A DNA stretch of 64,000 nt from Daphnia carinata (Eukaryota). Positions 39,001 to 53,800 of this stretch are shown here, piece after piece (the stretch's first letter is position 1; every line of letters starts with the position of its first letter). Below the pieces are notes generated by a model, which ran no database searches, was not told where the DNA came from, and saw only the letters and a list, made by a program, of their open reading frames with translations. Position numbers and translations under genes: made by a program. The DNA is taken from NCBI RefSeq assembly GCF_022539665.2, contig NC_081333.1, positions 11,904,001 to 11,968,000 on the forward strand. Direction: 5' to 3'.

Positions 39001-41318
39001 AGCTTGTAACAATCACTAATCTAACCACGTCGCAGTACTTGAATCCCGACATTTTGTTCCGGTTGTCTATCATTTTCCACGCCACCCGGTAACTGTTTAA
39101 AATTCGTTCCACTTATCTCTTTGATTAAAAAAATTAAGAAAGAGTATCACTTCTTTTAACAGGATGAGAATTTAAAAAAAAAAAAAAAACTGTTTTAATC
39201 TTCAAAAGAGGCACACGTCCTTTTTGCAAACAGCTCAGAAATGATTATCGTCTCGACGGTAATGTTGAACGGTCGAAGTTGGACGACCAGTCCAAACTCT
39301 GTGAGCCATTCACGCGCACGTGTTGACGTGGAGATCGCGATCAGTGTGTACAGTTTTTAATGACTGTTTACAACTTTCGATGTTGATATACTCTAACTAT
39401 ACTCTTCGACACATACACACACCATACGTACACGCACAGAGGTGGGAAAGCAAAACAAATCAAAGATGTTTCTTTGATCGGAGTAGTAATTTAAAAAAAA
39501 AAAAAGGGGGGGGGGGGAGTCCCGTCGAAGGAAATATAGCAGACTGACAAACGTGTATATCCTCACCGCGTCGAGGATGAAAGCAAACTGGGTTGGCCGG
39601 TCGGGACTCGTTGCGTTCAATATCAAAATGCCGCCAGAGACGTTAGGGGGCGGAGTGTCTACACAACCTCACCACGGGCGATAGGGGAGAGCAAAATGTA
39701 CCCGTATTTCTCCATGTCCCTTTTCTATTTTTCCACACTGTACATCGGTATGTACTGTATATATAAGACTACTGTTTCCATCACACCAAAGTTGTTCTTC
39801 TTGCGTACTGCGTACACGCACTCTGTTTTAGATAGGCCCTCTAAATCTACTAGGACACTGCACCAATTTGATGCAGCATGAAAAAAAAACAGCTCATTAT
39901 TATACAGGCAATCTCTCATTTCCGCAGCATTGATGTTGTATACAATTGTATGTACATACCCTACATGAGAATGGCCTTGATTACCTCTGGACATTCGAAA
40001 TGAAAATCACCTTGTCAAAGAGCGGATGCTTCAATTCGTTTGTAAATAAAGGCAATCAACGCACAAGGCCGACTCGTATTTTTTCCCTTTGATCAAAAGC
40101 GCGCACTTCGTCATGCCATACAAATGGGTCGTGTGTTGAATAGACGGTGGCCATAACAATCGGTCATACGTTCGTTGTACGCGTTCTAAGTTCTAATATA
40201 AGCCATCTCGCGCACATTGTATGGCACCCTTGCAATAAGATAGAAGCTGCTAAAAGAGTAGAAGATGTCTCGAGTTCTTGTGGTCTCGGCAACCCTGTGA
40301 TACGCTCGGGACGGTGTCCATCATCGGGAACAGTCCATTCTTAATGAAGACACATCGAACCCCTAAAGCTTGGTATGACGTTGAAAGCTAGCAAATGAAC
40401 GGTCGGACCATCCTTTTTTTTTCATACTGACAGGATTTATTTTTTTAAAAAGGGAAACGTGTTTAAAAAGAGTCACAACCTTATCTATCAGTGACCGATG
40501 TACGTAATACGCTGTCCGTTCTTTTTGTGTCATCTCTGGTAGAGAGTAGACAAATTTCCGTGCGATCTTTCAATAAGACAGTGGTTTTCTATCAAAATGA
40601 AGAACGCAGAGAGAACTTTCTTCGTTTTTATTCTACTGCAAATAGAATTTCGAGGGGCAGTAAGTGGGCGCTGTTCGTTGTTTGATGATGAAGAGCTCCG
40701 CCGACTGAGGTTTTGCGCTGACGTTGAAGGAGTTGCACTAAGATGCACTTGATTCCCTCCCTCCCCCCCTCCCGACTCTCTCAGTGTTAAACGAGAACAA
40801 AAAAAGAAGCACAAGGAAGAGCAACATTTATTTCTCAGATATGATTTAACATTTTTTTTTAAACGTGAGCTCAATCTTGTTTTTTCCCTCCCCTTTTGAT
40901 TGCACTTTATTTCCGACTTGAAAGTGTTTTCTTTATAACACAACTCCTTCGGTGCGTATAGATATATACGTACTCGTTCAATTCCTTTTTCCCACGCTGA
41001 GAGATCGCAGATACAGATGCATGTCTTTTTATTTCGTCACCTTTAAAAAAAAAAAAACGCAATCGAAAAGTCTACTTCTTCTTCTTTATATTTTGAAATT
41101 CAATACGTAACTTTTTATTTATTATTATTATCCTGCCATCCCTTTCTTTTTTTGCTGGATAGATCGGGCAGCTCCCGTGTCCTATGTATGCGATATATAC
41201 GAGCCTGCGTAGTGTGGGAAACTGGGAATGACGTGCTGAACTCTGCATCACAAAAACAAAAGGGAGTGAATCGAAAGGAAACAAATTTGGGATTACAAGA
41301 AAGAAAGAAAAAGATCGT

Positions 41319-41344
41319 AGACGGGATACGCGCGTATCCCGTCT
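41319..41344. repeat. Perfect 26-bp palindrome
   Basis: AGACGGGATACGC-GCGTATCCCGTCT with no spacer. Confidence 0.9.
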
Positions 41345-44300
41345 CGGATTTCACCCGTCGTATCATATCTATAGGTGGACGACACGTAATCGGATCTTTG
41401 CGGTCTGACCCCCCTACCAGTCCTCCGTGCACTTTTGACCAACCCCATCAGCCATGAGACCACACGCAAAGATGGTCCAACCATTCCCCGTCATCCTAAT
41501 TTAATCTTGGTCTTTTTTTTTTTTTTTTTCTTTCCTTGTTTATCGCATTTAATTGAGAAAGTAAATTTTGAAGAAAACAAGAAAAGACATGGATATCTTT
41601 TCTTTTCCGGGGGTGGAGATGATGTTTCGTTATTTGTCAAAGACGTCAGATTATTCGAGACTACCGAGTTCCCTTCCTTTTTTTCTTCATATATATGAGG
41701 GATGGTAGCGAATCAAATAACCGTCGACTTTGTCTTATATTAGCGTCTCCCTTTTTTTCCCCTCCTTTTTATATGTATATAGCCTTTCGTTGTTTGTTTC
41801 CCTTTATACAAATCTCCATATCATGCTGCTTTATATACAAAAGTGGTGTTTGGCTAAAGAACTACTTACGACAGAGGCGAATATATTAGAAAAAAAAAAA
41901 AAAAAAAAAAAGAAGAAGAAGAAGGGAGTTTTTGGAGTGTTAGCAGGGCTAGGATTAAAGTTTCGTCGGCGTTTCAAAAAGGCCTGATAGACACGCCTAA
42001 CTGCTTTTGGCTGGTCTAAAATGCACGATTGAAGAATTCCCTTCTTTTTTTTATTTCGAGCTGTTTATATTCGGGTATTTTTGTTTGTGTCTATTTATTT
42101 TTTTTTTTTCCCGCTAGTAGCACACACACAAAAAGACGTATAACTCTTGAAGGGCGGTCGTCCAGGAGCCGTTGCTGGAGCTCAGTTTGCCTGCAATAAC
42201 AGTACGAGTAGTCATCGTCAACGCAGCCGCCCCGTTTTTCTCGGTGAGATAATCAACTTTTTGTTTTCTCTCGTGTGTGGACCTTTTCTTATTTTGTTTT
42301 GCCTTTTTACTTTCTTCTAACATTATAGTCTATACTTTGTTGCGCTGCATGTTCCACAAAAGTACACATAGATGGTCTTTTTTTTTTTTTTTGTGGAGAT
42401 CTTTCTCCCCAAACTGACTCTGCTTCACTTGGCGAAAATTATCGATCGGGAATGTGGACGTTCACTCAACCCGAAACCCTGGGCGGAACGAGAGCAAAAA
42501 AAAAAAAAAAAAAAAAGAAAAAGTAGGTACTGAAAATTGTTCAGCTTGGCGAGATGACTTGTCAAGCATCGGGACGCCTCTGCAAGTGTTGGAGTTTTTT
42601 TTTTTTTTTTTTTTCTTTCTTTCTTTCCTCGTACTGTCCTTATTTTAGAACTTGTTCCACCTCAAAAGGCGTCCAGGAAAAACGTGAGCAAATGGAAACA
42701 GTTGGGGAGGTGCGCGTACGGCCTGTCAAATGAAACACAACGTCAAAGGACAACAAAAAAGGGGGGGAACAAAAATATTCTGTTTTTTTTTTTTTTTTTT
42801 TTCAATGGACCGAATCGAATTGATGTTGTCTGTCGTCGACTACGCGTCTCACGTTCTCGACGCGTCTCCATTTTTTTATATTTTTCTTCTGACGCCATTT
42901 CCCTAGAGAATGTCGTCTTGTCTCGTTATCACGTCATTTTGTACCTTACATTTTCCATTGGCCTTCAATAGAATTTTCATCTATTTATTTTTTTATTTTT
43001 AAGAGAGAAAAGGATGAGGCCTTGTAGATCAATCGTTTCCGGTGTGTGGCGGCCGTAAGTTTTTTGAACGTCAACTTGGAATTTCTTTCAAGTCGAACAC
43101 ATTCGGCTTTTCCTCTAAGTCTTCCCTTAAAAACATACGTAATCGATTTCGCTTTTATCTCAAATCTATAGCGTTAATCGCAGATTACGCATTCCATCGG
43201 CTTCCGTTCAAGTGAAGCAAAACAAGGACACACGTCAATGATAAACTATCTCATTCGATGAAAAAAAAAAAGGGAGGGCTGTTTCATGTTAAAAAGATCC
43301 GTTTTCGTTGTTTGATAATTGATTCTTTGCGTTTCATCCGCACGACGGCATAAGAGGATACGGTGACAATGTGTGCGTTGAAAAAAAAAAAAAAAAAAAG
43401 AGTAAAAATAAAGTGTTGTATCTTATATACAACACTCCACGTTTATGGGGCTAGAAAACAACAATGGCCGCAATCGAATCGCTACCGACGGCTTGTCTAC
43501 ACGCTGTTTGGTGAGTTACGCAACACCTTCTGCGTTTTTCCCAACGAGCTCCTTCTCTTTGCTCTTCTTTCCGCTTTTAAAACCCCAACAATTTTGTTGC
43601 CCTCTCTTCTCTCTTTTTTTTTTTTTTTACATTGTTTTCACGTGTCTGTGTGCAAGTGCCTCTATGTTGGAAATAGGCATCCATGTCTTTTTAGGTACAG
43701 AGATCAACCCTTTGGCTGATGAACGGATCTTTTCTTTTTTACGGTCCTTTTCTTTTTCGGAGCGCTGCTACATGCAACAAAGATATACAGAAGTATATAG
43801 AGCTCTTTCGCAGATAAATTCCCTACTTTTTTTTTTTTTCTATCCCTTCGTTGTCCCTCACTCTTTTCTTTCTTTTTCCTCCGTGAGTTGCTACGTGTAC
43901 CGACCGAGCCGTCCATCTAACAGAGTGCACGCGTAAACGCTGACGTCAGCCACGCCAGGAAGAGGAAGTGAACGCATCCAAGCATCGTCCGTGTCTGTGT
44001 GCGGACGTACATATATGAAGTCTGCACAAGGAGAGCCGGGGTGGGAAATGGATGTTGGAAATAAAAGATCCCCGTGGCGATTAGAAACTTTGATGGCCAC
44101 CCGCTGAGGTGTGTGTCTACAATATATGCCGGTGGATTAATACACAAGAAATGTGTGTTTTGTTTTTATCGGCTTCAGTGAGAAAGGAAAAGCCTTAGAG
44201 ATGCTGTGATTAATGTTCGTATTTCATATAGAATTTAAGGGGGGGGGGGGTGATGTTTGTCCAGTGAACGTCACGTGCTATTGCAACCACGGGCAACTGA

Positions 44301-45773
44301 AGAATAATAGACCGGCCGTCACGACGGTCATTCTTTCTCTTTTTAACAAGTCGGGATTTTGAAAAAAAGAAAAACTATGGCGTTCGATGTTGCCATGGCT
44401 GTGTACAATATGTAAAAGCAATACATCCATTCGTTTGGCTTTACTTGTATCTTTTTTCTTTCTTTCTTTTCTCTCTCTTTCCAAAGTAACGGTTCAGATC
44501 AATTGCAGTTCGATACTTACGTAATTCCCATGTTTTTTTTTGTTTTTTTTTTAGCTTCACGCATTTCGCGTGTTGGACGGTGGGAGGGAAGAAAAAGCTC
44601 CATCGATCCTGTAGCGCTTTCTGTTATACCTATTGGCTGCGCCAAACCATCTGTAGCGTTCGAACTTACGTATTGATTACTGCAAAACATTGTATGAGTC
44701 TGTTTTTAAAGTGAGCTCGACGTTGGATGGCGAAAGAAAAAAGAAACGAGAATAAAGGATTTGTAAGAGCAAAGTCGTAAACAACTATTAGAGTGAAACG
44801 CCTTTAAAGCACTTGTGATGTCAATTCGTAAGAGCCGTCCTTCGTAAGTGACGATAAGTAGACGACTTAAGAAAAAGAAAAATCATTTAATTCATACCTT
44901 TTTTTCAGAAACTTGATTTTGGCAGGGCTATAGACTAATGATGCCTTCTATGTGCTTTCCTGTGTTTGATTACTGCTATATTTAAATGACATTTGCCATC
45001 TTGCAATGTAGATTTAGACGAAGTCGAACGATAAGTCGATAAAGACTTCCTCTTTTTTAAAAGCGTACCTACTTAGTGTCTAAGTTGAAGCCTCACAGTT
45101 TACGTAGCTTCTCGACATGACTTTTCATCAAATCTGCGCTTCTGTTGTCTCTTCCAGAGTGGATGTAACGAATTATTTATTGGAATTGTAAATAAACGAA
45201 CGTCTCCCTCCCGTATTGCGATATTTTCTTGAAGGTAAGAAATCCTCTAATTCCACATGTGTGGCCCCCGAAAATGTGTTCAGCGAACTGTGCGTGTACA
45301 CAAATCTTTTTCTTTTGTCTTAGTACCCAGATTAAAAAAAAAAAATGTATTTTCTCGAGCAAATCGCTTTCTTCCGAAGGCCATAAATTTTTCTGCACTT
45401 TGTAGGCGCTCGCCGTTTTGTAAGTTTACGTACTCTCAAATTCCTTGATCCATTTCAAATGTCATCGTTTCTTATTGGTGTAGTACAAAATATCACGTAA
45501 GATTAAATGCCTCGTGACGAACGAGCTAATGAAAGAAAACAGCCAAAAAGAAGATGATTGGCGCTTTGAGTTCGTTCGTGAGGATTTTCAATCGATCGCA
45601 GACGAGCGCAGCCACTTTGATATAATTCTTTTCATATTTTCTATTTATCTTTTATTATTATTTTTTTTTAAACTTCCCCAGGAAAAAAAACAAAAAGAAA
45701 TAATAAATAATAATAAGTTGTCTTTCGTTTCTACGGTGTTGTTTTTCTCTTGCCATTGTTTTCCGCTGTCTTT

Positions 45774-45805
<32 letters not shown>

Positions 45806-47867
45806 CTAGTTTCCCTTCCGCCCAGAGCCAACGGCTCCATTGTTTTCGGCTAGGCGCTCCCTAAAGGCGCATTTCTCGCTTCACGTCAGCTTTTACAGCA
45901 CATTCTCTTAGTTTTGCCCATTGCTGACACGACGCCAAAGCCTCCCGAGGATTTTCAGCCCAATCGATTGGAAAGCAGACGAATCCGCGTCACACCGTAC
46001 AAGAAATGGACACACACACAAAGTGCTAGAAAAGAACAAAATTTGGCGAAATATCAAAGAAACCGTTACGCTTGAAATCAACCAACACCGTTGGCATTCC
46101 TTTTTTTGATTCGTCCGCATATTTTTTTATAATATCCTTGGCTTCGGAAATATAGTTTCAAAAAAAAAAAAAAGGACGCTACATTTAAACGCGATCGGCC
46201 ATGAAACAAGTGGAAGTGGTGCTCTAAAGAAATTTCAAAGCGTCAGCTTGATGAGTTTGATAGCAACTCATACGGTGTAGGGCTCGTGCGTATAGTGTGT
46301 CAATGACGAACACAGACAAGCTCCAGAGATCGACATTATCACTACCAAAAAAATAAAAAATAAAAAATAAAACTATAGAACATCGAACGAGGGTGACACT
46401 CAACGACAAACACCACTTTCAGGTCGGGGCTGACATCATTTTTTTAGAAGCTCCCGTCACGGATGGGAATGCTGAGAAAGAAAGGCCTGATGACTGTGCC
46501 ATCAATAAACTGATTGTGTTTATCTTGGGCGGATGCGGAACCGATGCGAACGCAGGGCGACAAGGAGGCCGTCCTGAAATTGGGTCTTAGATCAAAAACA
46601 ACAACAACAAAAAACAAGGACAGTTTCCACGTAGAGGATCTGCCAACGCCCTCTTCATCATTATTTTATATGGGCAGGCGTAGCACCTGACGCGATTGCG
46701 AGGAAACAAAAAGAGACGGCTGACGGGTTGCTGAACAGTATATTTCATTCTTATTCTTCCTCTTGTTTAGTCAATCATCGAATTATTTAAGCTTTTTTTT
46801 TTTTTTGTATTGTGGATAGTTCTAGAAGAATTTAAAGATGTTGCGTGGATGATAGCAGTTCTCTCCGTCCGTTGCGGTTTTTAATTGATTTCTATGACGT
46901 CAAGCCCCTGAAAAAAAACTCTACTTCTTTTCACCATATGCTTCTCTATATTTTTAGAATAGAATTTAAAATGCCGAAGCGAAATGAATAGTACAAAACG
47001 AAGAAGCATTAAAAATTGAAACTTAATATGCTATTTTCGGCCATTTGATTTGCATGTGTCGTCAATCGATTTAAAATCACAGGCAGTTCCATCCGTAATG
47101 CTGATGGTGTCAATTTTTCACAAGACGACGAAATAAACAGTCGGAATTTCGTTTCGAATTTCTATTTCGTTTCCAAGCAGAGCGTCAAAACTAACGAAAA
47201 AAAAATCACGACTGACGCAGCTAATTAAAAGGCGTCACGATCTTTGAAGTCTCGTTTCAATTTCTGCATCTGCATAGTCTAAACTTTGTGTCACATATCG
47301 TTAAAGACAGTTTCCAACGAGGTCTCGAAGTTGATGTGCTCATCTTTGATTGTACGCTCGTACTACACACAAACGACTAGTTGTGCAGGTCAGCCAGTCT
47401 CATCGCATTTCAATCGACGCTGTTAATCAAATTGAGAACTAACATTACGTCGCTTTACACAGTGACCAATAAACTAAAAAGCTCCCGAGTTATTTGATCG
47501 ATAACAGACGTTGGAAAAGTTACCGTTTTCAAAAGAAAGAAAAAAAACTCTAGCGACTGAAAAATGCCATTCGGACGTGTTTTGAAAACATACACGTTTT
47601 GCTCGTCGAATAACCTCATCATTTAGGCATTAACGTTAAAGTGGGTAGAGGGGAATGGCTGATGGCAAGGGCTGCGCAAACACGGACGATAGAGAAAAAA
47701 AAAAAGGGTGACGCAAACCTGTGTTACAGCCATGATATACAACAGACGTCCACCGTGTGACCCTTTCTATCCGCACTCTGAAAAGGCCAGGCCAAAAAAG
47801 AAAAAAGGGGCGAACCAAATCGAGGTATCCACTATCGCTTCTGCTTCACCGTTCCACTCCGCCAACC

Positions 47868-47890
47868 ACACACACACACACACACACACA
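47868..47890. repeat. (CA)n microsatellite
   Basis: Run of ~11 CA units; shorter GT/GA runs also occur near 8558, 34391, 48419, 49330 and 52938. Confidence 0.85.
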
Positions 47891-50800
47891 GACCATGTAA
47901 CTACATTTTTCGCGTCTCGATAGATGTACTTTTCCTTCCGTTGCCATCAACGACAAACTCCACAAAAGGCTCTGTGTATTTTCCAGAAATCATTTTTTTT
48001 TTCTTTGTCGGTCTTGGCTTTCGAGTGCTGTTGGCCATTTTCATCCGGTGCAAAGGCATACGGGGGTGTAGGCGATCGGAAATCGAGAAGCGAAACAATC
48101 GTGTTAGATCGACTGCAAAAAGGCGTAATGTATGTATAATTCGATCAGCAAAAGCGAAATTACGAAAGGCGTCTGTTGGCATCGAATGTCACTCAAGTGC
48201 ACGTCTATCGATTTCTTGTTTCAATCAATCGGTCGTTGTCGCCATCGGTTCCCTTTTCTTCTGCGTTCGCGTGCGGCGTACGACCCAAATCAAGTTAGGC
48301 ATGGCGAGAATCAATCAACGGATGGTGCCTACCAACCGCGTTTGCTTCGTCGCAGCAGCATTTATAAATAACCATAGATATATACATACCAGTTTTCTCT
48401 CTTTTCTTTTTTGGAGAAAGAGAGAGAGAGAGGGAGAGAGCGAGAGAGTGTTATTATAAACATTCACTGGTTAGACATACGCACCATATCTGGATGAAGG
48501 AGACTTCAATCATCGTCAACCATTGCGTGTATCACCCATGACAACTGCCATTCTCTGGCTAGTCGCTCCACTATATTTATACTCTATTAAATTTATCCCT
48601 TTTTTTTTCTCCCCCCCCCCCTTTATTTCCAGTATTTTCCTTGTATGTTTTCCATCTGTGATTTGCCCTGGCAGCCATACCGACGTTGCTACTGGAACGT
48701 CAAGGGGCCGAGTCGATGCGCTCCATTGCACTCTCCATAGCGATAGAGATGCTTGTTGAAACACATCAGCTATAAAGACAGCACAATCAAACATGAATGG
48801 CCCCCCCCCCTCCCTTTTCTTTTTATTGTTAAATGTTTCACAATAAAAGTGTTGAGACACAAAGTCCATCTTTTTTGAATTTTGATTCCCTTTATTCTTT
48901 GCCGAGGATACCTTGTCCATTTTTGTTTTTGTCACAGAGATATAACAGCAAGAATGAAACGAGATGGATAGTGGCACCTTCTACTTTGCTATTGTTACAC
49001 GTAAAAGGTTGTGCAACGTTTTTTTTTTTAATCGCATCGTGCAGCATTCGTGAAAAGCCTCTGTAGCTGACCATCGATCGTCGTTGCGAGCTGCTCTCTT
49101 ATATCCTTTTCGCCGCGTTCACCACCGGGCTTGTTTAACACACCCTTGCTGTATGTGTGTGTCTGTGTGGATAAATATAAGGGGGCAATAAGAAGAGAAG
49201 TCCAGGTTTTTCGGGTGGAAGAGAGACGAATGGACGCGGTATTTGCCAAAGGTATATATGTCGGCGTCAGGAGCGTGATTGCTCCGTGACAAATTGAGCG
49301 AACGCCGTCGAGCGGCAGAGAGAAAGAGAGTGTGTGTGTGTGTGTGTAGCTGTAACGGCTGCTGCACTCACGTGTTATATATATATTTTTTTTTCTTATT
49401 TTATCCTCTTAATCTCAATAGCTTTCTACTTTTGCTTGGCCCTGATTGGTCTCTCTCTTTAATGTCCTTCTGCTCCCAACAGCTAAAGGCTTTTTTTTTT
49501 TTCGAAACGACCTGATGGATTTTAAGTCGATCTCTTGTCCGGTCATTCCGTCCGGTCGTTGGGTTTTTTTTTTCTTTTCAAACGAAATTTATTCTAGCTA
49601 GTTAACAAAAAGAAAATGGCCAATGACTTTTAAAGCGTTTGAGCGTTGCTGGATCGATTTCGGAACTATAATATTTAACAAAATGTGAAGCTGCTCTGTT
49701 TTTGAAGTTCGCATTTTTCTTTTGGATGGCGGATTTTGTTCTTCTGTGCACCTCGCATAATGGGCTCGCTAAAAGCCATTTCAATCCATTTTAGTTGCGC
49801 TATTACAGCAGACCGTAAAAACGGGGTAGGGAAGAAGAATTCGGTTTAATAAAGTGCTCGCCAAATTTATCGTGGAGCTGGAGTTCGTTTATGGCGTTGC
49901 CATTGACGACATGGCAATCATATTTCGATCATCGCCATGCCTACATCAAGGTTTCAGTTCTACTGCACGAGTTAGTAGACGAGATTTCAACAATAAAACG
50001 GGACTTTAGCACATTTTTTTTTTTTTTTTACCTTTGTTCAGTTGTTTACATGATCGTTAGCATCGTCTGATTTAAAACATGACGCATAAGATCGCAAAAA
50101 AAACAAAACAAATAATAGCGTTTGAAACGAAGAGAGGCTAACGTCATATTACTTTACACGACTGGCTTACTTTTCCCGCAACAGTTTGTGCTGTGATCCT
50201 AAGCAATGGGCGTTCATTCATAACTGGACTTTTAGGTCAAAACTTACGTCTCTACTCCCCATTGCCCCTCAAAGCACTGATATAATTGACTTCAGAAAAA
50301 AAGATGTAAAATACCGAACCGATCTGCAGGCTCATGCAAACTTTCCGTTTGGCCATGAGAGTGGCAAACGGGGAATTTTTATTTGCAATAGCCTTGCATC
50401 GTACCTGTGTATTTAAATAAAATCTTTTTAGAAATGCGTGTTGAATTTCACATTCATAAATGACGATAAAAAAAAAAACGGGAAATCGATGTCATAGAAG
50501 TAACGATGCATCTCACAGCCCATTTCAAAAATGCATGTTGCAATTATTGATCAACTTGCTGAAATATAAATTGGCTTGTTACGATCTGTTTTGAGACTAA
50601 TTAGTCGTAACCGAACAAATATATACAGAATGCACGACCCAGTTGTTTCCATTATCTGCTCTAGCCATGTAGACCACGTCTAATTTATGCAACAGACGTG
50701 TGTAACGACGCGGACTACGTGCCGTTACCTCCAGAGAATTTCCCTTTTTTTTATTTTTTCTTCATTTCCACAGTTCCAACAGAAAAGTTTCCGGTTAGGT

Positions 50801-53800
50801 TTCCCCTACCGACGCAAAAGCTTTGGCCCCACCCTTCGCTTTCACCTGGGTTTTCTCTTGCAACTATTACGGAGAAACTTGCATCCAGAAAAAAAAAAAA
50901 AGAAAAAAGGATCCGAGTCAGTTGCATGGAAACGACAGCGTGCATGCGTTCCCGCAACAAGACTTGATTTCTTCGTGCATTTCATCAGAGAACGAAAATA
51001 TGTCTGAATAAAAGTGCGACTGCGTTACGTTGCGTATAGTTAACTTGTATAACGAAATAAACTTGTGTGTTACGTTAGGTGTACTATACTATATATATAT
51101 ATATATGTATCAATGTCGTGATACTAACACGAATTATGCGGGAGTTGTTCCGCTTGTTTCTATATCGGTAGCGGTTGAGAAGGGAAAGGGGGGATGGAGG
51201 GGGAGAGAGGACAGAATACAAAGGGCGACGTCAAAGCCTTCACTTGCTGGTTACTCAACAACTTCCTTACTGATGGGCTTTGAGCGTGATCCGTTGCTCG
51301 ATATGCATCCAGATTCACTAGAAAAAATAGAATATGAGTCACAGTATCCAACCCTGGGGGGATAGAGCGGAGAAGTAAAGAGGGGAAAGGCTAAAAGTGT
51401 TCCAGTCAATGTCACGAAAGGGCAGCTTTTCTTACATCGAGGGGATTCCAGGAAAATAATATAAAAAAATGGCCATTTTTTCAAAGTGTTTGTTAGATTT
51501 TCTGAGCACGTTACGTCTATTGATTCACGTTCGCTGGAATAGTGTAGCAATAATTGAACTATAGGATCTCTCTTTCGAAAAGCCATTGCGACGAAGAGTT
51601 ATTTCATTGCAGATAATGTTTCAATGTTCAAACAAATTTTATCTTGCGGTTTTATTCTGACTTTAATTCCCTTTATTTTTCGTCATACTATTCGCTTATT
51701 CATTCTATTTTATTATTTTTTTTTTTTTGCGCCATCGTTATCAAGTTGCCGTAACATACATCACATCCGGATACAGTTTCTTTACTTGGGTTGGCGCAGT
51801 CCGGAATCGGAAAAAAAAAAAAAAATATTTGAACGACTCGACGGGTTTCCCGACGGGACCAGATGTTCCTCTCCGTCAAACTAGGCAACCCATGTGCTCT
51901 ATTTTCTCCGGGACAGGCTTCACTTCGATTTGAATATTCTTCCATTTGTATCAAACATTTTTTTTTCTTTTTCTTTTCTTTTTTTTTTGCTGAAGAAAAA
52001 AGGGGATATATTTCGGCTGTGTCATGGAATATAAGGCCTCATAACGTTTGTAGGATGGCCGGTGTTCTTTGCATACGTAGCGCATGATATTATATTTCGT
52101 ATAGCAAATCAAATAAAAAGGGGGAAAAAAGAACTCCTTCATCTTGATTGGATGGGCTGCCATGTTTAAACGTATCCAATGCTTTCTTTTCTTACGTATT
52201 ACGTACTGTAGACATAACGGTCTTCAAAGTTTTCCTGCCTATGCATTGATAAAAGTTCATGGAAATTTACATCGTGACCAAGATCAACAACAAAAAAAAT
52301 GTTCGACACGTGATTGATGTGTTACCATTTGTCTCGCTGGAATTTTTTTTTTTACTTTGATATCATCATCACTCCTGTCGCCATTCGTTTCTCTCTTCAT
52401 TATTTTGTAAAATGTGGGCTGAGTGAAAACGATTGTTTAAAAAACAAAAAATCAGGAGAGGATTTTTTCCCCCGTTGAATCCTTTTTTTATACCTTTGCC
52501 TCTAGCCAACCGTTCGTAACACAACTTTGCACTCAACTCTCCCCTGGTGGTGTGGTTGATATGTTAGTCACACAAGGTTGACTGATTCTTCATGTCCCTC
52601 TCTTCTATATGGATTACAACAAACCTTTCGCGAAACCCCCAAAATGCCCCACTAATTCGTATGCCCCTTTTATTCTTTTCGGTGTCAAAAGTTAGACCTT
52701 TCAAAATGACGATTTGCAGAACGAAATGTAAACAATAACTTAAAAAAAAATAGATCTTCTTTTTAGATTTCTAGCGGAAAAAATAAACTGGAACAAGCCG
52801 TACGCCGTTTGTTCTTATACTTGTCTATTGAGTTAGTGGGTGAGAATTGAAGTCTCTCTCAGCTTTAAAGTTCGTCAAATGTAACCTCAAGAAAAATGGC
52901 AACTAATACTACATCGAGGCCACTGTGATATTACAACGTGTGTGTGTGTGTGCCTATGTAATAGGAAGGCACATTATTAGCTGGTACAAGACAGCAGCCA
53001 ACTCTTGGCCAAAACTTTCTAATTCAATCATTAGGTGTTGGATGGGCGCGTCGACGGCCAAAGCTCACCCGTTTTGCGAAGAGTTTTAGCTACGAAAATG
53101 ATGAAGAATGAAAAACTGCAGAACCAGTACAATGAAGATACGATAAAGTTTTTAATGTCAGTTGGCCATCTACGTCCGCTGTTACGCCAAAGATGTGTGC
53201 GAAGAGAGAACATCCGCATCGTTTTTCCATTTAGATTCATAACGCCGCTATTCCGCCCTGTGGGGGATTCAAACCACATTACACGAACCATCCCATCTGC
53301 GTGTACAGCGACGAGAGAAAACAAACGCACGGCACGATGACTTTGTGTATCAGATTCTTTGTATAAATACATTGCAATTAGCGAAATTTGAGTTTAACCG
53401 AAAAAAAAAAACAAAAAAAACAAAATCCATTTCAATGATGGCCTTTGGGCGGAATAGCAAAGTCAGCTGTGAAAATGAAAGATGAATTTGAGATATTGCT
53501 GTCTAGATAAAATGTGCGCCATATGAACACGCGGGTGATATGAATATCAGCTATATACTGCATTGTTGTATTAGAGCAAAAGTGACGGGTCCGCATTGAC
53601 GCTCTAGGAAGGACGACGGATGGGCATAAAGTTATTGCAAATCAAAATCGCATCACCAGGTTCCAATATAACAACAAATATATATATGCCAGCACAATCA
53701 AACAAAATAGCAAGAACAAAAAAAAATCTATTGAAAATGATCGACCTCCTATTTTTGTTTCGAAACTTGTTGTCATATCGTTTGTGCACACAAAGTTTTG

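Noticed and set aside
44669..44680. Possible 10-nt microexon on minus (TTTTGCAG|TAATCAATAC|GTAAGT) in the Dpr intron
   Set aside because: It begins with TAA in the phase-0 frame and has a weak pyrimidine tract; such matches are expected by chance in 24 kb. Only RNA-seq could support it as a poison exon.
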